Below are positions 35,747 to 48,490 of a DNA stretch of 64,000 nucleotides, one piece after another. This DNA is from Chlorokybus atmophyticus (lineage: Eukaryota; Plantae; Mesostigma and Chlorokybus algae). Numbering within the stretch: the first letter of the stretch is position 1; each line of letters starts with the position of its first letter. A program made the position numbers and the translations under genes. Location: assembly GCA_009103225.1 (NCBI GenBank), contig RHPI01002220.1, positions 3,703-67,702 of the forward strand, given 5' to 3'. Under the pieces are notes generated by a model, which saw only the letters and a list, made by a program, of their open reading frames with translations, searched no databases and was not told where the DNA came from.

Positions 35747-35785
35747 TACACGACGTACATTACAAGTTGCAATGTACGTCGTGTA
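35747..35785. repeat. 15-bp inverted repeat with 9-nt loop at the edge of an AT-rich intergenic block
   Basis: TACACGACGTACATT-ACAAGTTGC-AATGTACGTCGTGTA. Confidence 0.9.
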
Positions 35786-36393
35786 TATATCTATATACAA
35801 GTATCGCAATGATAGTGACATATGATATTTTTAACAAGCAATATATATACTAATACGCTTTTACATATTATATTGAGGTTTTATATCCGTTAGAAAGATG
35901 TTTATTGAAACTTATTACAAGCATGCATTTTTTTCGTCAAGTTTACGAACAAATAAGTAAACAGTTGAATTTATGTGGCATAACAGCAAATGTGGTGTGT
36001 GCTTATGTGTTGATTATAACAACATTGCTATGTTTAACCATATCAAGAAATGTATGCCTTCATGTTAAGCATAGCTTGCTTGAAATGATATTTAAAAGCA
36101 TTAGAATTTGTAATAATGGATATACTGTAAGTACGTAAAGTATAACGTTGCAACGTAGTGAAGTTTGTTGGTGAGTTCAATGTCTAAGCAATAATATTAG
36201 TATTGCTATATTATTGCATTTTATTTTAATAACATAAGACATATGCCAAGTCCCATTTACATACGGGTGATGCTTACCAACTTGTTGATATACAAACATC
36301 ATAGTTTAAGTTTATAAGAGTGGCACCCCCGAGGCCTTCTAGCTCACCTCTCACTCTATCATAACACCCCCCCCCCCTCTCTCTCTCCCTCTC

Positions 36394-36607
36394 NNNNNNN
36401 NNNNNNNNNNNNNNNNNNNNNNNNNNNNNNNNNNNNNNNNNNNNNNNNNNNNNNNNNNNNNNNNNNNNNNNNNNNNNNNNNNNNNNNNNNNNNNNNNNNN
36501 NNNNNNNNNNNNNNNNNNNNNNNNNNNNNNNNNNNNNNNNNNNNNNNNNNNNNNNNNNNNNNNNNNNNNNNNNNNNNNNNNNNNNNNNNNNNNNNNNNNN
36601 NNNNNNN
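36394..36607. other. Assembly gap (N run) inside a (CT)n microsatellite
   Basis: N run flanked by CT repeats. Confidence 1.

Positions 36608-36682
<75 letters not shown>
36608..36682. repeat. (CT)n microsatellite
   Basis: Uninterrupted CT dinucleotide run. Confidence 0.98.
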
Positions 36683-36684
<2 letters not shown>

Positions 36685-36789
36685 ATGCGCATGGTTTGGC
36701 TATGAGATCTGCCATCATATCTAACACAAGACATGCACAACCATACGAGGCACTCACTGTAGCCTACATCGACCTGCGCCAAGCGTCAT

Positions 36790-37070
36790 CACACCGCGTC
36801 CGCCTCCATGGTTAGCGCCGTCTGCAACGGCGGCCATGCTAGGGTGGGCGCTACTGCTGCTGCTCCCCTCTCCATCGTCGCCAACACATGCTGCAGTGCA
36901 CACTTCACGCGCTGGCGGAACAGTGTCACGAAGCCGCGCGGTCAGCGCTCAGCTTTTACCGAGTGGTATATATGCTGGGCAAGTGTAGCAAAGGCAAGCA
37001 GTAGGAGCTGGTCGGCAACCAACCTGCTAACTGGTCGAGCAGGTGCAAACTTGTCTGCTCTGCCTACTGC
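36790..37070 (-). mobile_element. Possible decayed 3' end of a non-LTR retrotransposon (CRE-like, RLE domain tail)
   Basis: Disrupted minus frames give EQTSLHLLDQLA... and FVTLFRQRVKCALQHVLA, resembling the recalled FRQRLSxALQRxxA C-terminal motif of RLE-bearing LINEs. Short and degenerate. Confidence 0.35.
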
Positions 37071-37614
37071 TGTGGTTAGTGCTGAGAGATGAACAAATGC
37101 ACACTGTGTGCCATTACAGCTTGCACAGGGTGTACGATGTATACTCTATGCAAGCTTCAGCTTGGGACCCTGTTTGCTCGCGCGTGCATGCATGAGCGCG
37201 CACACACCTCCCACTTTTCCAGCCCGCTGAAACAACCACCTACACCGCCCTTGCACTTTTCAACAACATGCGGTAGAGTACAGTCACCTGGCTACCATGA
37301 CGCGGCCAGTGACATGTTGTGTCACCTCACATGCTCTATTAACATGCGCATACAACACAATAGCAAAACTTAATCCTATTCCATACATGCAGATGCATGC
37401 AGGAAGCACTGCACCGCATTGAAGTCCACTTCTTGAAGTAAATATAGATGGATGGTCCGAGCACCCCATCAATAACCTCCATGTTACAACTGTTTCGACT
37501 CTAGCAACTGATTTAGCAATAGATCTAACCTTGATGCAGCACGACAAGCAACTAGCAGCTCTGCTGCAGTGCCAAGTGTTATGTTGAATGCTCCTATGTT
37601 GAGTACTCCTACCG

Positions 37615-38757
37615 TCAGCTTCCAGAGCTGCGCCTCTTCTTTGGTGATGGCGAGTTTTGAAAAGCAGCCGGGCAAAGGGCGTTGGCCAAACACTCTGAGC
37701 ATTTGGTGCTGCGGGGCGTGCATATTGTCTGGCCAAAGCCCACAAGCAGCGGGTTGATTTCCGCCCACAGCGACTGCGGAAGCCACGCTTGCAGTGCCAG
37801 CCGCGTGGCCTCGGGTGTGGTTGTACCATTGGGACCCACCCAATTCAACCTGTTGGCTATGCGATGCACATGGGTGTCCACACAGATGCCCTCCACCTTC
37901 CCCCATGCCACGGTCATGATGAGGTGGGCCATTTTTGGGCCAATGCCCGGCAGTGCCATGAGACCGGCCATGTCGGGAGGTATATCTCCATCATACTTGT
38001 CGCGCATGATCGCAGTGATGCCCTTCAAGTTGGCGGCTTTGCGGTTGTAAAACCCAACGGGATGAAGCAGCTTCTGCAACACGTCCACCTCGGTGTCAAG
38101 CACACTCGAAACTGTCAGTCCCGAGTGCGCCTGCAGCCTCAACACCGCAGCGTAAGTCACCTCGTCTTTGGTCTGACTGGACAACAACGCCGCAACCAAT
38201 ACGTGGAACCGTCTCACTTCCGGGGGATATTGCGTAAGCGAGACGGCTTCACAGCCCATTGTGTCAACAGGCGCGTTCTTCGCTGCTCGCATGGCTTGGA
38301 TGTGCGCAAGCTGTTGCTCCCACAACTCAGGTGGATTTATGGTCATGGAGGAGGCTGCTGCCTTTACCACCACCTTTGCACTGGGTTCATCTGGCACACC
38401 ACCAGCAGGTTCTTGTTGCTGTGCTTCTCCCTTACCAACACCGCGTGCATGCCTCTGCCGCTTTGGGGGAGTTTTTACTTCACACGCATGTGCGGGTACC
38501 ACATCTGCCTCATACTCCACCTTTACTGTTGCTCTGCGCGTGGCTTTACGGCTTGCGAGTTGAGTACTTACTTCCACCTGCTCGTGACCAACACCTTTTG
38601 TTGAAGAGGAGGCGAACGCAAACTCTTCAAACACGTTATTGACCTCAACAACCACAACGCGTGCTCGGGTCAGAGGCATGCCGGCTCGGCAAGGGAGGAG
38701 AGCAAAGCAGCGCACTCTCAGCGCTGCAGCTCTTGCGCAGTGTCGCAAAGCAAGCAT
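37615..38757 (-). CDS. NTH1: Endonuclease III homolog (DNA glycosylase/AP lyase), single exon, organelle-transit-like N-terminus
   Basis: APVDTMGCE, LLSSQTKDEVT, HhH motif LMALPGIGPKMA (catalytic Lys), ICVDTHVHRI (catalytic Asp), 4Fe-4S motif CTPRSTKCSECLANALC. Uninterrupted 380-aa ORF. Confidence 0.97.
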   Translation of the reverse strand: MLALRHCARAAALRVRCFALLPCRAGMPLTRARVVVVEVNNVFEEFAFASSSTKGVGHEQVEVSTQLASRKATRRATVKVEYEADVVPAHACEVKTPPKRQRHARGVGKGEAQQQEPAGGVPDEPSAKVVVKAAASSMTINPPELWEQQLAHIQAMRAAKNAPVDTMGCEAVSLTQYPPEVRRFHVLVAALLSSQTKDEVTYAAVLRLQAHSGLTVSSVLDTEVDVLQKLLHPVGFYNRKAANLKGITAIMRDKYDGDIPPDMAGLMALPGIGPKMAHLIMTVAWGKVEGICVDTHVHRIANRLNWVGPNGTTTPEATRLALQAWLPQSLWAEINPLLVGFGQTICTPRSTKCSECLANALCPAAFQNSPSPKKRRSSGS

Positions 38758-38767
38758 GTACTGTGAA

Positions 38768-40388
38768 CTATCTGCTGTTGCTGTCCCTGTCGTCCTTCAA
38801 CTGAGCGTCGCCCAATAGCTCTTGGGCCTTCAGTGCCACCATGCGCTCCTCGAAGGCTTCGGCCAGAAGCTCTGAGCCGCTGGCGGGCCGGCCTGTGAAT
38901 GACCATGACCATGATGACGTGTCTGCTCTAACATCAACAGATCAATGAAGCAAAGCACCGGGCCTTACCCTTTCTATCAGGTACCAAGCCAAGGCCGCGT
39001 GCTGACACTGGCAGCACCTGTATGTTGGACAGCTGTCGCACACTTGCCTGCAGGCATCATCACCATGCGAGTAAGGCCTTTTCCCCGATGAGACAAGTGC
39101 AAACAGTAAGCATCCCGCAGATGCTTTGAACTCAACATGCATAGCTTGCTGAGGAGCTCAGCAGGAGCTTGATAGGACACGCACCTGCGGGGTGTAAGAA
39201 TAGGTGGCTGCCACTGGCCTTGGAGGGGGTATAGTCACAGACGGTCGCAACTCTGCGCAGGACTGAAAGTCAGCAACATCAACAACCACGCATATGCGCG
39301 CTTGCACATCCACATAAGCAACACGCGCGCACACGCACATGCACAGGCACACGTACAGTGCCTGTAACAACTGGGTCATGCTTGTTACGCTCTGCAATGA
39401 AGGTATGCAGTCCTCACCTTGTTGAGATGCTGTAGCTGGTGCTGCTTGAGGGTTGTGCTCAGGTGCTGTATTGGCGGGGTCGATGCCAGCATGGCGAAGC
39501 GCAGCGCGCGTCAAGGGCCCGGGAGTTTGCACGACGCTCACGCCGCCTCGGATCTCATCGCGGATGGCATTCAGCTGCTGCAAACCCTGTTGGAGCTCCT
39601 GGTGCAGCTGAACGAGGAACAGATAACAAGCGCGCAAAGCAGATGTTAGCTCCTGAACCATGCAAAGCCAATGCAAGAACACTCTTTGCCAACACTGCTT
39701 GAACTCACTTTAATCTCATACACTCAATTGGTACAGCAATGCCATGCTGAGAACTACAACATCGCACGCACTTTCACAACCACAAATTGATGGCAGCAGA
39801 GTGCAGAGCGACATTTGTACCCTCACTGGTGATAGATGAACCAAAGCAGTCATAAATGTGCATGACACCTACCTCGTTGAGCTGGTTGCGCTCTGCAAAG
39901 GAGTCAAAGCTCTGGCGCACTCTGTAAATGTACCCAAGCGCCCGCCCGGAGACTTTCCCTGCCGCGCGCGCGATCACAGGCAGGTCCTTCTGCCCTGGCA
40001 AAGCACACATGATGTTCACAACAAGCATTGGCAGTTGCAACCATTTCGAAGACTGGCGCATTCATCAGCTGCAAGTCAGTGCTGTTGGACGCATTGCATC
40101 TACTATTTTCAAGGTCGACAACAATCAGGCAATGCCATGCCATGCCATGGATGTGCTTGAGCTGGCATTTTAGCATTTGACAGCACGACAAAGCAGCAGA
40201 CTTGGCATGCACAATACCTTGGGATGTATGCGCTAAACTTTGCATGCAGGCTTGCACAGCTGCCCTGCTCTCTAACAGCAGAGCTGCCCTGCTCCATGCT
40301 ATGCTGTGCCTGCTCTGTGCTCACCAAAGACGACGGCGCCAACGCCCAGCAGCAGGGCCACCTCGCCAAACGACAATCCAAACAGCAT
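38768..40388 (-). CDS. TATB: Plant-type mitochondrial TatB (twin-arginine translocase subunit), 6 exons
   Basis: MLFGLSFGEVALLLGVGAVVFG|QKDLPVIARAAGKVSGRALGY, LHQELQQGLQQLNAIRDEI..GPLTR, VLPVSARGLGLVPDRK, SGSELLAEAFEERMVALKAQELL; these match recalled motifs of Arabidopsis mtTatB (At5g43680). Stop TAG at 38770-38768. Confidence 0.85.
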
Positions 40389-41256
40389 GGACGACAACAG
40401 CAGGAGGCAGGAGTCGCGTGCACCTCGGACAACAGCTACCACCACACCACCGCCGCCGCCGCCACTGCCAGCACCAGCTTTTACCCTAAGCCGTGACGCA
40501 TTTCCCGCCAAATTTGCGGTGGCTGTGTTGTCGTCGGTGGCGGTGGCGACAGAGGCGAGGTGGAGGTGGAGGTGGAGGTGGAGGTGGGGTCCTTATCAAT
40601 CAGGTCGTCTTGCGTGTCAAGCCTTCGCACAATCGCTTAAAGCGTTGCAAAGCTGGGGTGTGTCAGATGGTCAAGTGCAGCATGTACAAAGTATGGGTTC
40701 AGTGGATAGTGCGCGTGAGTAGGTGTGGATATTAGTAAATAGGTATGATGTACTACTAGCCCACGAACCCATGCGTTTCCCTGCAGTACACTTCATTCTT
40801 CAATCGTTCAGTGGTTTGCAGTTGCACAAGCCAAGTCCTGGCATGTTCAACAGTTGCCATGCACAGTCGCATTGCTCCTTTCAAGCGAGATCAGAATCGA
40901 GCTTCTTGACTGCCAGCGCTGGCTACTTCTCGAACGTTGTCTTAGGTTGACAACATGCATTGGCGCACAAGGGAGTGCACAAGCGTGCACACATGCATGC
41001 ACTTTGCAAACAACGGTGCCATCAAGATTTTCCTTGTCGTGCACATAGTACATCCAGTTGCAGCTCACTCTGCTTTTGCGCATTGCTTGCTTGCGTTCAA
41101 TGCAACGAAGATAAGCTGGCGCTCTATCTGCAGCATACACTTGTGCTTTGTCAACACTGGGAGCTGGAGAGCAAGACGATTAGCAAGCCAGCACTAGAGC
41201 AGCTGAAGCAGCGAAGTTGGGTGTCGTTTGAGCGTGCGCATGGCAACAACACAGTC

Positions 41257-42266
41257 ATGACGCCAGCAGTAGCAGCATCAACAGCAGCAGTGAAGGAGAA
41301 GCTGACAGCCAAAGAGAAGAAGCAAAAGCGAAAGCAAGCGCTGTTAGCCGAGCAAGCTGAGCTGAATGCTGCCAAGGGCGCCATTGCCGCCGCATATGCA
41401 AAGGCAAACTTGCTGGCGGAGTTCGCTGCTTTCAGTGTATTTGAAAGAAGTGGCCTTGCATTGAAGCTGGAGCTTAAGCGATCCAGCGAGCTTAATGGTG
41501 AATCAAGGAGCTGGATCATGGGCGTACTCGAGACGAACATGGCTCCGCAGTATGCCAAAACCTGGCAGGAGGTGAAGAAGCTGAAAGCCAGAGAGATGGT
41601 TGAAGGTGATGCTCTGTACATTGTAGCCCGTGATGCAAAGACGGATGAGAGAACGGCATTCGCACAATTCCGATTCGTCATTGAAGAAGACATTGAGGTG
41701 CAGTGGCATATTTTACTGCTCAAAAGTGATGTATACAACATAAACCGACACAGCCTGGATTGCATGCACACAAACCCTACGCCAATATCGAGTGCATTGA
41801 CACTTCTGTGTTGTGTGTTACAACATACATGCGCATTTGGGCCTTTATACATCCATGTGACTACACATGGATGTAAAAATGCACAGCATTTGTTACCGCA
41901 TGCACACGCAGACACACGTGTGCACGCAAGCAGGTGCTGTACGTCTACGAGCTGCAGCTGATGGAGGACGTGCTGAGGAAGGGTCTTGGGCGTCATCTCA
42001 TGATGTTGATGGAGTTGCTTGCTAGGAAGAACGCCATGCGAGGCGTCATGCTGACTGTGCAGAAGCGTAACGCGGCAGCCTTGGCGATTTATGAGCGAAT
42101 GGGGTATACGATTGCCGACATATCCCCCAGCAAGTGCGACCCGCTGGCCCCCGAGGGGACATACAACTATGAGATATTGTGTAAGATACACGATGCGCAA
42201 GCGGGAGCGCTGCTAGTGTCCAGAGGAGAAGCTGCCAGGAGTGAGAACTTGTCTTTTGGTGTATGA
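41257..42266 (+). CDS. NAA40: N-alpha-acetyltransferase 40 (NatD, histone H4/H2A N-terminal acetyltransferase), 2 exons
   Basis: LETNMAPQY, AFAQFRFVIEEDIE|VLYVYELQL..RKGLGRHLM..VMLTVQKRNAAALAIY..MGYTIADISPS..YNYEILCK. Confidence 0.9.
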
Positions 42267-43144
42267 CAAGATTTCATTTGCCTGGCACGGACATAGCCCC
42301 GCTAAAAGGATCAGCCTCTTCATGTACGAATATCAACGGATAGGTAATGGTAACTTCGTGCAACGCGCTGTGGTCATGCAAGTCGCTCATGCAAACTTGC
42401 CAATGTATTTATTGAGCTCCACTGAAGGTAACGCTGGCCAAGCAAAATAAGGTAAATGCCAACAAGCGATTGCCTGTTCACACTTCTGCATGCTGAATGC
42501 TAGATATCTGGACATCAACTTGCCTACGCTAGCACAGGCGGCAAATTCGCACTTGCTTATGCTGCCTGGCATCCAGGCAATTGATAAACACCATGTGCAG
42601 TCGCTTGTGTGGTTGGCCTGTGCCAGCCGCAGGGTACAAGAGCAGGACTTAAAATGCAAGCAGACACTGCACATCATACACGGCGCCTGCACAGATAGCC
42701 AAGGCTGCAGTGCATGGCTGACAGGGGGCCAGTAGAAGTAGTGTTAGAGGTAGAGGGTAGGTAGCACGCAGGTGCTTCAGCCCAATGGTTGTGTATGTAG
42801 GTGAAATGCATGCACTGTTGTTGCGATGATGGTTGCACGCACTTTGCGTGCCCAGTTGCACTCCGCAATGCATGTACACCAGCAAGCGACCACATTCAAG
42901 CCCACACAACCACGCAACCATCAACCGCCATATGTTGAGGCCCGAATGCCAGTGACTGATGCCACTGGCATTATATGCTTGAATGCCAGTTCCACTGGCA
43001 GCAGCATGGCAACCAAAAATTGCATGCCCAGTATACAAAGCAGTTGCAGCTGTCAAGTCGTGTGAAACACTACGACTGCACTCGCCAATAATCACACTGC
43101 ACCTTCTCACCGGTACACCGTGTGCGAGATGTTCAGAATATACA

Positions 43145-46100
43145 TCATAGCCCGGCAGGGAAGTTGGTCACTTCTCCTTGTTCTGTCAGCGGCGTGCCAT
43201 TAACATTGTACTGGATGCGCAGCCGCATGGCGAGTGGCTTCTGGCCGTGTGCGCTGTTGGTAATGTGGAGTGTCTGCGTGACATTGCCGCTGTTGTTTGG
43301 TGGCACGACCAGTGCCGAAGCAGGCTCCATCCGCAACTGCATGAACTTGGGGACGGCCGCTTGCAAGACAAACTCAGAGAACGGCTGAGGAGATGAATTG
43401 CTGTATGTTGCCTTGATGATGCTGGTCTGAGGTGCACCAGCTGCCTTGGTGAAGTCAAACTGGACCATTAGTCCGCCACGTTGGAAAGCAGTGATGCTTG
43501 GGAAGGCTGTGCCCGCGTGAAATTAGTACGAAACGCAATTGACACAAATCTGTAAGGAACAATGGTAGGCAGGCAGCAGCATGAGGGCTACGTCCAGAAG
43601 CATGGCCCAAGCCTTACCTGTGGGGGTAGCGGGAGCGGAACCAAAGCTCAGGTCTGCCAGGCCAGCTATGGGAGAGACAGCTGTTGCAGCAGCTGGTGCT
43701 GCTGGGGTTGAGGCCAGTATGTCCAGCAGGAAGTTGGGAGCAGCAGCAGAAGCAGCAGGCGGAGCAGCGGCTGCTGTAGACAATACAGTGGGTGTCAGAT
43801 AGTGCAGTTCGTGCAAATGCGTGTACTGGCGATGATATCAGCATACCGGGTATGGTGGTTGGTGCGGGGCCCATCAAGTCCAACAGGGCATCCATGGTGG
43901 CTTTGTTGGGAGCTGGTACAGGCCCACTGGCTGGCGTCGTATCCAGATCCAGCAGATCCATCTGCGAGCATACCAGCAGTTTACTCCTGTACGTGACTGC
44001 ATGCAATCATGTGTGTGTATGTGTGTGTGCGTGTTCATGACAGGCTGTATTAGTTGTTGTAACCATGGCAGCACATACACCACAACCAGTGATGCAAGAC
44101 TTCACCAGTGCAGGAGGCGGCTTCGCTGCGACAGGACCAGACGACGGTGCCTTGAATGCAGCCTTTGCGTTGCCATTGGCCTTTGGTGAAAACATTGGCG
44201 ACATAGTGCCGTCCGTCGCGTGCTGAGCAATGCGCGCATGGTACTGTTCTTCATTGAGCGCTGGCATGCGCTCAAGCAGCTGAGACCTGCGGGAGAGAAT
44301 CCAGATGCAATCAATATTTCCATGTTTTTACGACAATGCAACTACAAGCAGTCGCGGGGAACCAAACGTAGGCTCTGTAAGCAGATCTGCAAGCAGCTGC
44401 TGAGCTGGACTGGACACAACACGCACCGGATGTTTTCATGATTGAAGATCCGAATGTACTCGCAGGAGCGTTGCTGCAGCTCCAGCTGAGCGCTGTTGCG
44501 GTGCTTGTCCACCACAGCACGGATGTGGGCTGTGTACGAGGGGTACCGACTCGTGAGCTTCATGAGGGCTGTGAGTATGAACTCGCGGCTCGCAGCAGTC
44601 AAAGTGGGGTCCTTGAGCAATCCTTCAACAAGCTCCACGACCTGCGCCTCTGTAGGCTGCAGCGGCTCTTCACCTTGCAGCATGCCCGTCCCAGCAACCA
44701 GCTTGTCACCGTACTCACCAATGCACCAAACGCCAACCTGTGCAATGCGCTAGATTTGGCCACACACGTTCTGCAAGCTTCATAGCTGTGCTTGCCGGGT
44801 TGCAAAGTCCAATTGTCATGCAAAACGACTGGTGTATGAATGAATACATTGTCAAAAGTACCTGGACAAGACTTTGCTGTGTTCTATCTGCAGTCAGAGC
44901 TCTGTACAGAGCTCGCACAGCGTAGCCCTGGAGGTCTGAGGCGTTAGCAACTAGAATGACGAAGCTCCGGGACACCTCGTCCTTGACGTAGTTGCCAGCT
45001 TGCGACATGACTTGGATAAGAGTGTCAATGTGCCACTGCTTGTCAGGCGCAAAGCGCTGGACAAGTGCACAGATCTTGTTGGTCAAGTCGCCCTTAAACT
45101 CTACATCAGCCACCTTAAGGTACTCTAGCAACTCCTTGGCCAGAGTGGCCACATTCTGCTCATTCACTAATGCATAGACAAGGTCCAGGGCGCGTCTCCT
45201 GATGGAAATATCCGCGTCCTACCAGAAGCAGAGCAAATAGCATTACCACCACGGCATGCGAGTGTTGACTGTGCAACTTGTGAATGGATAAACCATTTCG
45301 CAAAGACCACCCTACCTTGACACAGTCAACAATAGTAGTGCGGTGGCGCTGCACGGCTTGCGTGTCAACAGAAACAACCTTGGCCAAAGTGTTGAGGGCA
45401 ACATATCTGCCACATAATGGTCAGTACTATGCAGATATGTGCTCAGGCAGCTTGTTGAACTGGCTGGAGTTCAGACCTGATGTTGTTATCGCGGTTGGAG
45501 AGGAAACGGCCAAGAATATTGATTGCCAGCACTCTCAGGCCGCCAATCGCTTCAATTCCCATAATAGTTTGCACGCACTCATATAGAATGGCATTGCCAG
45601 CATTTTTCTTTGACTCTGTATTGCTGGCAACCTATAGACAAAGGATCACAATATGGACAAGAAACGCCACAAACTTACCAATTGAATAACCAAACAAAGT
45701 AGCACACCTGGGCGAGAATGTCACTCATGGTATCACTCGCTTCTGCATTGCCCTTGCCAAGCACGCGCAGCAGCTGCAAGATCTTGACTTGCAGAAAAGG
45801 ATCTGTGATGCCTGCCACATCATGCTCCGGCGCAAAACCGCTCAACACCAGATTCTTGAGCACACGCACGAGGGCAGGGACATGCTGCACAACCAATGAT
45901 GACGTTGGATGTGATGTTGAGATACCATAGGTAAGCACTACCAGCTCAGTCCATGTGCAAACATGCAAGCTTACCACTCTGAAGGCATCAATGTTTGCTG
46001 GGACAAGGTCGCAAAGCTCACCAGCCAAAGATATGGCGGTGATAAGCACACCATGGTTGCGGTCCTTGAGCAGCAATGGAATCTGTGCTGCAAATGCTTC

Positions 46101-46763
46101 AATCTGTTCAGGGACCTTGCGAGCTATCCGGATCGCACACAGGGTAGCCTGCCAGACACGACACCTCACCAGTGTCAGTAACATGAACATGCGCGCGCAA
46201 GTCGCAAAGGACAGTACCTTCTTCTTAATGTAGGCGTTCGTACTGTTCATAAGTTTCTCCACCTCAGGAGCCAAGTCACGCGCCATCTCAGCAGAGCAGA
46301 TATTGCCGAGTGAGCACAGTGCAAGTCCCACGATGTATTGGTTGGAGTGGGCCATGTCACTGCGAATCATCAAGCATTACAACCATGCTGTACAGCTGCA
46401 TAAAAGGGCGGCATGTATTATCAACATGCACACCGGCTAAGGCTCTCTTGATGTTCTTACTTTTTGAGTGAGTTGGTCACAAGCATGAGCACTTCTTGAC
46501 GCTCGTCGAGCAGCAGCATAAGACCCAAGTAACCGATGCGCTTTTCGGGATATGAGTTGGCGGCGATGAGCTTGAGACACTCCATCTGGCCAAAATGAGT
46601 GGGGTAACCAAGCATGTGGATGAACATGAGCTTTGCGACATTGCGATGGCGGTTTGACTGGTCCTGCTCCTTGAAAGAGTTTCGCAATGCAGCGCATTCT
46701 TTGGCAATAACGCCACGCTCTTCTGCTGCAGTCTTGCAAGCGCGGATCTGACGAATCAGGTCT
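43145..46763 (-). CDS. AP1G: AP-1 adaptor complex gamma subunit, multi-exon (first coding exon unresolved, likely within 46800-47500)
   Basis: [95 protein letters not shown]-terminal ear [29 protein letters not shown]. Confidence 0.96.
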
Positions 46764-48490
46764 CTGCAAACCAAGCAATATCGATTCAGACAACGTGCAA
46801 TGAAAAAGAAGTTGAGCGATGCAACGACTCTGCAGTTGGTGGCCTGCATGACGAACATGCACACCAAAACTACGTGAACACTCCACGAGCAACAGAACAC
46901 TGAACGACAGGCAGACACTCTCTTAGTGCAGACTGTGGACACTAACTGTGGACACTGAAGTTCTACACTCCTCTATAATTATCTGATGTAGGCGAGCAGC
47001 CAGATTGCAGGTATACTTCGTGAGCCAACAAGCACTTGAGCGCTGTGACTGCATGACGTGACGTTTCGACTTGCTCATCAATGATAGCAAACCAATCATG
47101 CGCCAGCAGTTGCTTCACCACTGATTGACCATGTGGCGTTGAGATCTAGGCGTCCGGGCGGTGGCTGTGACGATTGCAGATGGCTGTAGATCACAACCTA
47201 GCACTACCGCGAAACAGCTGTAGCTGTTGTCATAACTCAGCGTGGGTCTGCTGCTGGTAAATGGTTTCCATGCAACATGCAAAATCTGGCGACGCAACTA
47301 GTCCCGCAGAACATAATCACACCGAGGCATGCAATCCGACCAGACCTCAACGGCCTGCTGTAAGCAACCCCACCGACTGTGGCCCACTGCACGGCATAGT
47401 CCACCGTTGACGCCAAGCCGCCTGCCGACAGCTTGCCCGGCCCCTTACCGGCGACCGACATCAGCAGCCAGGCGGCTTACCTTACGTGCAGCCCAAGGAC
47501 AACGTCCCACACAAACAGCGCTGCTTTGCCTCACTGACTCAACAATCTACACACCTATCCGCAAGGCGCAAGCATTCTCCAACTCCACCGCACCAACCTA
47601 GCACACACGGGAGCGCCACCAGCAAGCCCGGCGCTTCGGCACACACATTTGAACACACACGTCGAGCATGACGTACACGTATAGTACACATATAGAACAG
47701 CTCGCTTCCTCTGTTAGTTGGGCTGATCAAAGTTGGTGGTTTAGCTCGAACCGAACTGTCATGTCAACTACCAGTTTCAAGTGTAGAGCAGCTCAAACCA
47801 TGGGATGAAAGCTGTCAACAGCAAAAGCATGTACACTCTCATGTTGGCAGCTAAGACACATAATGTGCAGCATACAAATAGCGTACCGCAGCTTGGACAT
47901 GGCTGCTGGCTAGCTGGATGATCAACTGTGCTTCAGTCAGTTGTGAGAGCAGAACAGCGCAATGCGACTATGGGGGCAGCTCCAGCAAGCAGCGCAGCGA
48001 TAATGCGCTGAGGCCTGACCTCCCCCAGATGCTTCAGCACCACCTGCTCAGCTCCATACACCTCGTCCTGCCCCGCCTTCTCCACACTACCAGCCGGCTC
48101 AACGCCAAGCTGAAGAGCAGTGCAACAAGAATTTGCGTTTGTTAACCGGCTTATTTTGGCACATCTACGGTTAAACCTGTCCGTTCACGTCTGACCTGCA
48201 CAGCAAACCCTAAGTCTGCACACCCTCTCGCTGCGCACTGCGACAACTATTGCCACACCGAAAGCGGGCATCAGACTCTGCGGCTTCTTGGTTGAAAAGC
48301 CTGAACACGAATTGATATCGCTATACCAAGGGTTATGAGTATGCTTAATCGAAGGGTTTCTAACTATGCACTGTGCATTGGCGGCGGCGGTGGCGGCGGC
48401 GGCGGCGACGGTGGTGTAGGCGGCGAGGACAAGGTCGGTGTCTGCTTGCAGCAGCTCTGCTGGTGAGTCGCGTGGTTGTTGCTAAGCTTA

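Noticed and set aside
35690-36350. AT-rich block with a hairpin, considered as a Helitron end
   Set aside because: No CTRR terminus at the expected distance on either strand, and no Rep/helicase remnant.
40960-41256. Long N-terminal extension of NAA40 suggested by the ORF track
   Set aside because: It depends on a non-ATG start and is Cys/His-rich with no family resemblance. ATG 41257 is more plausible.
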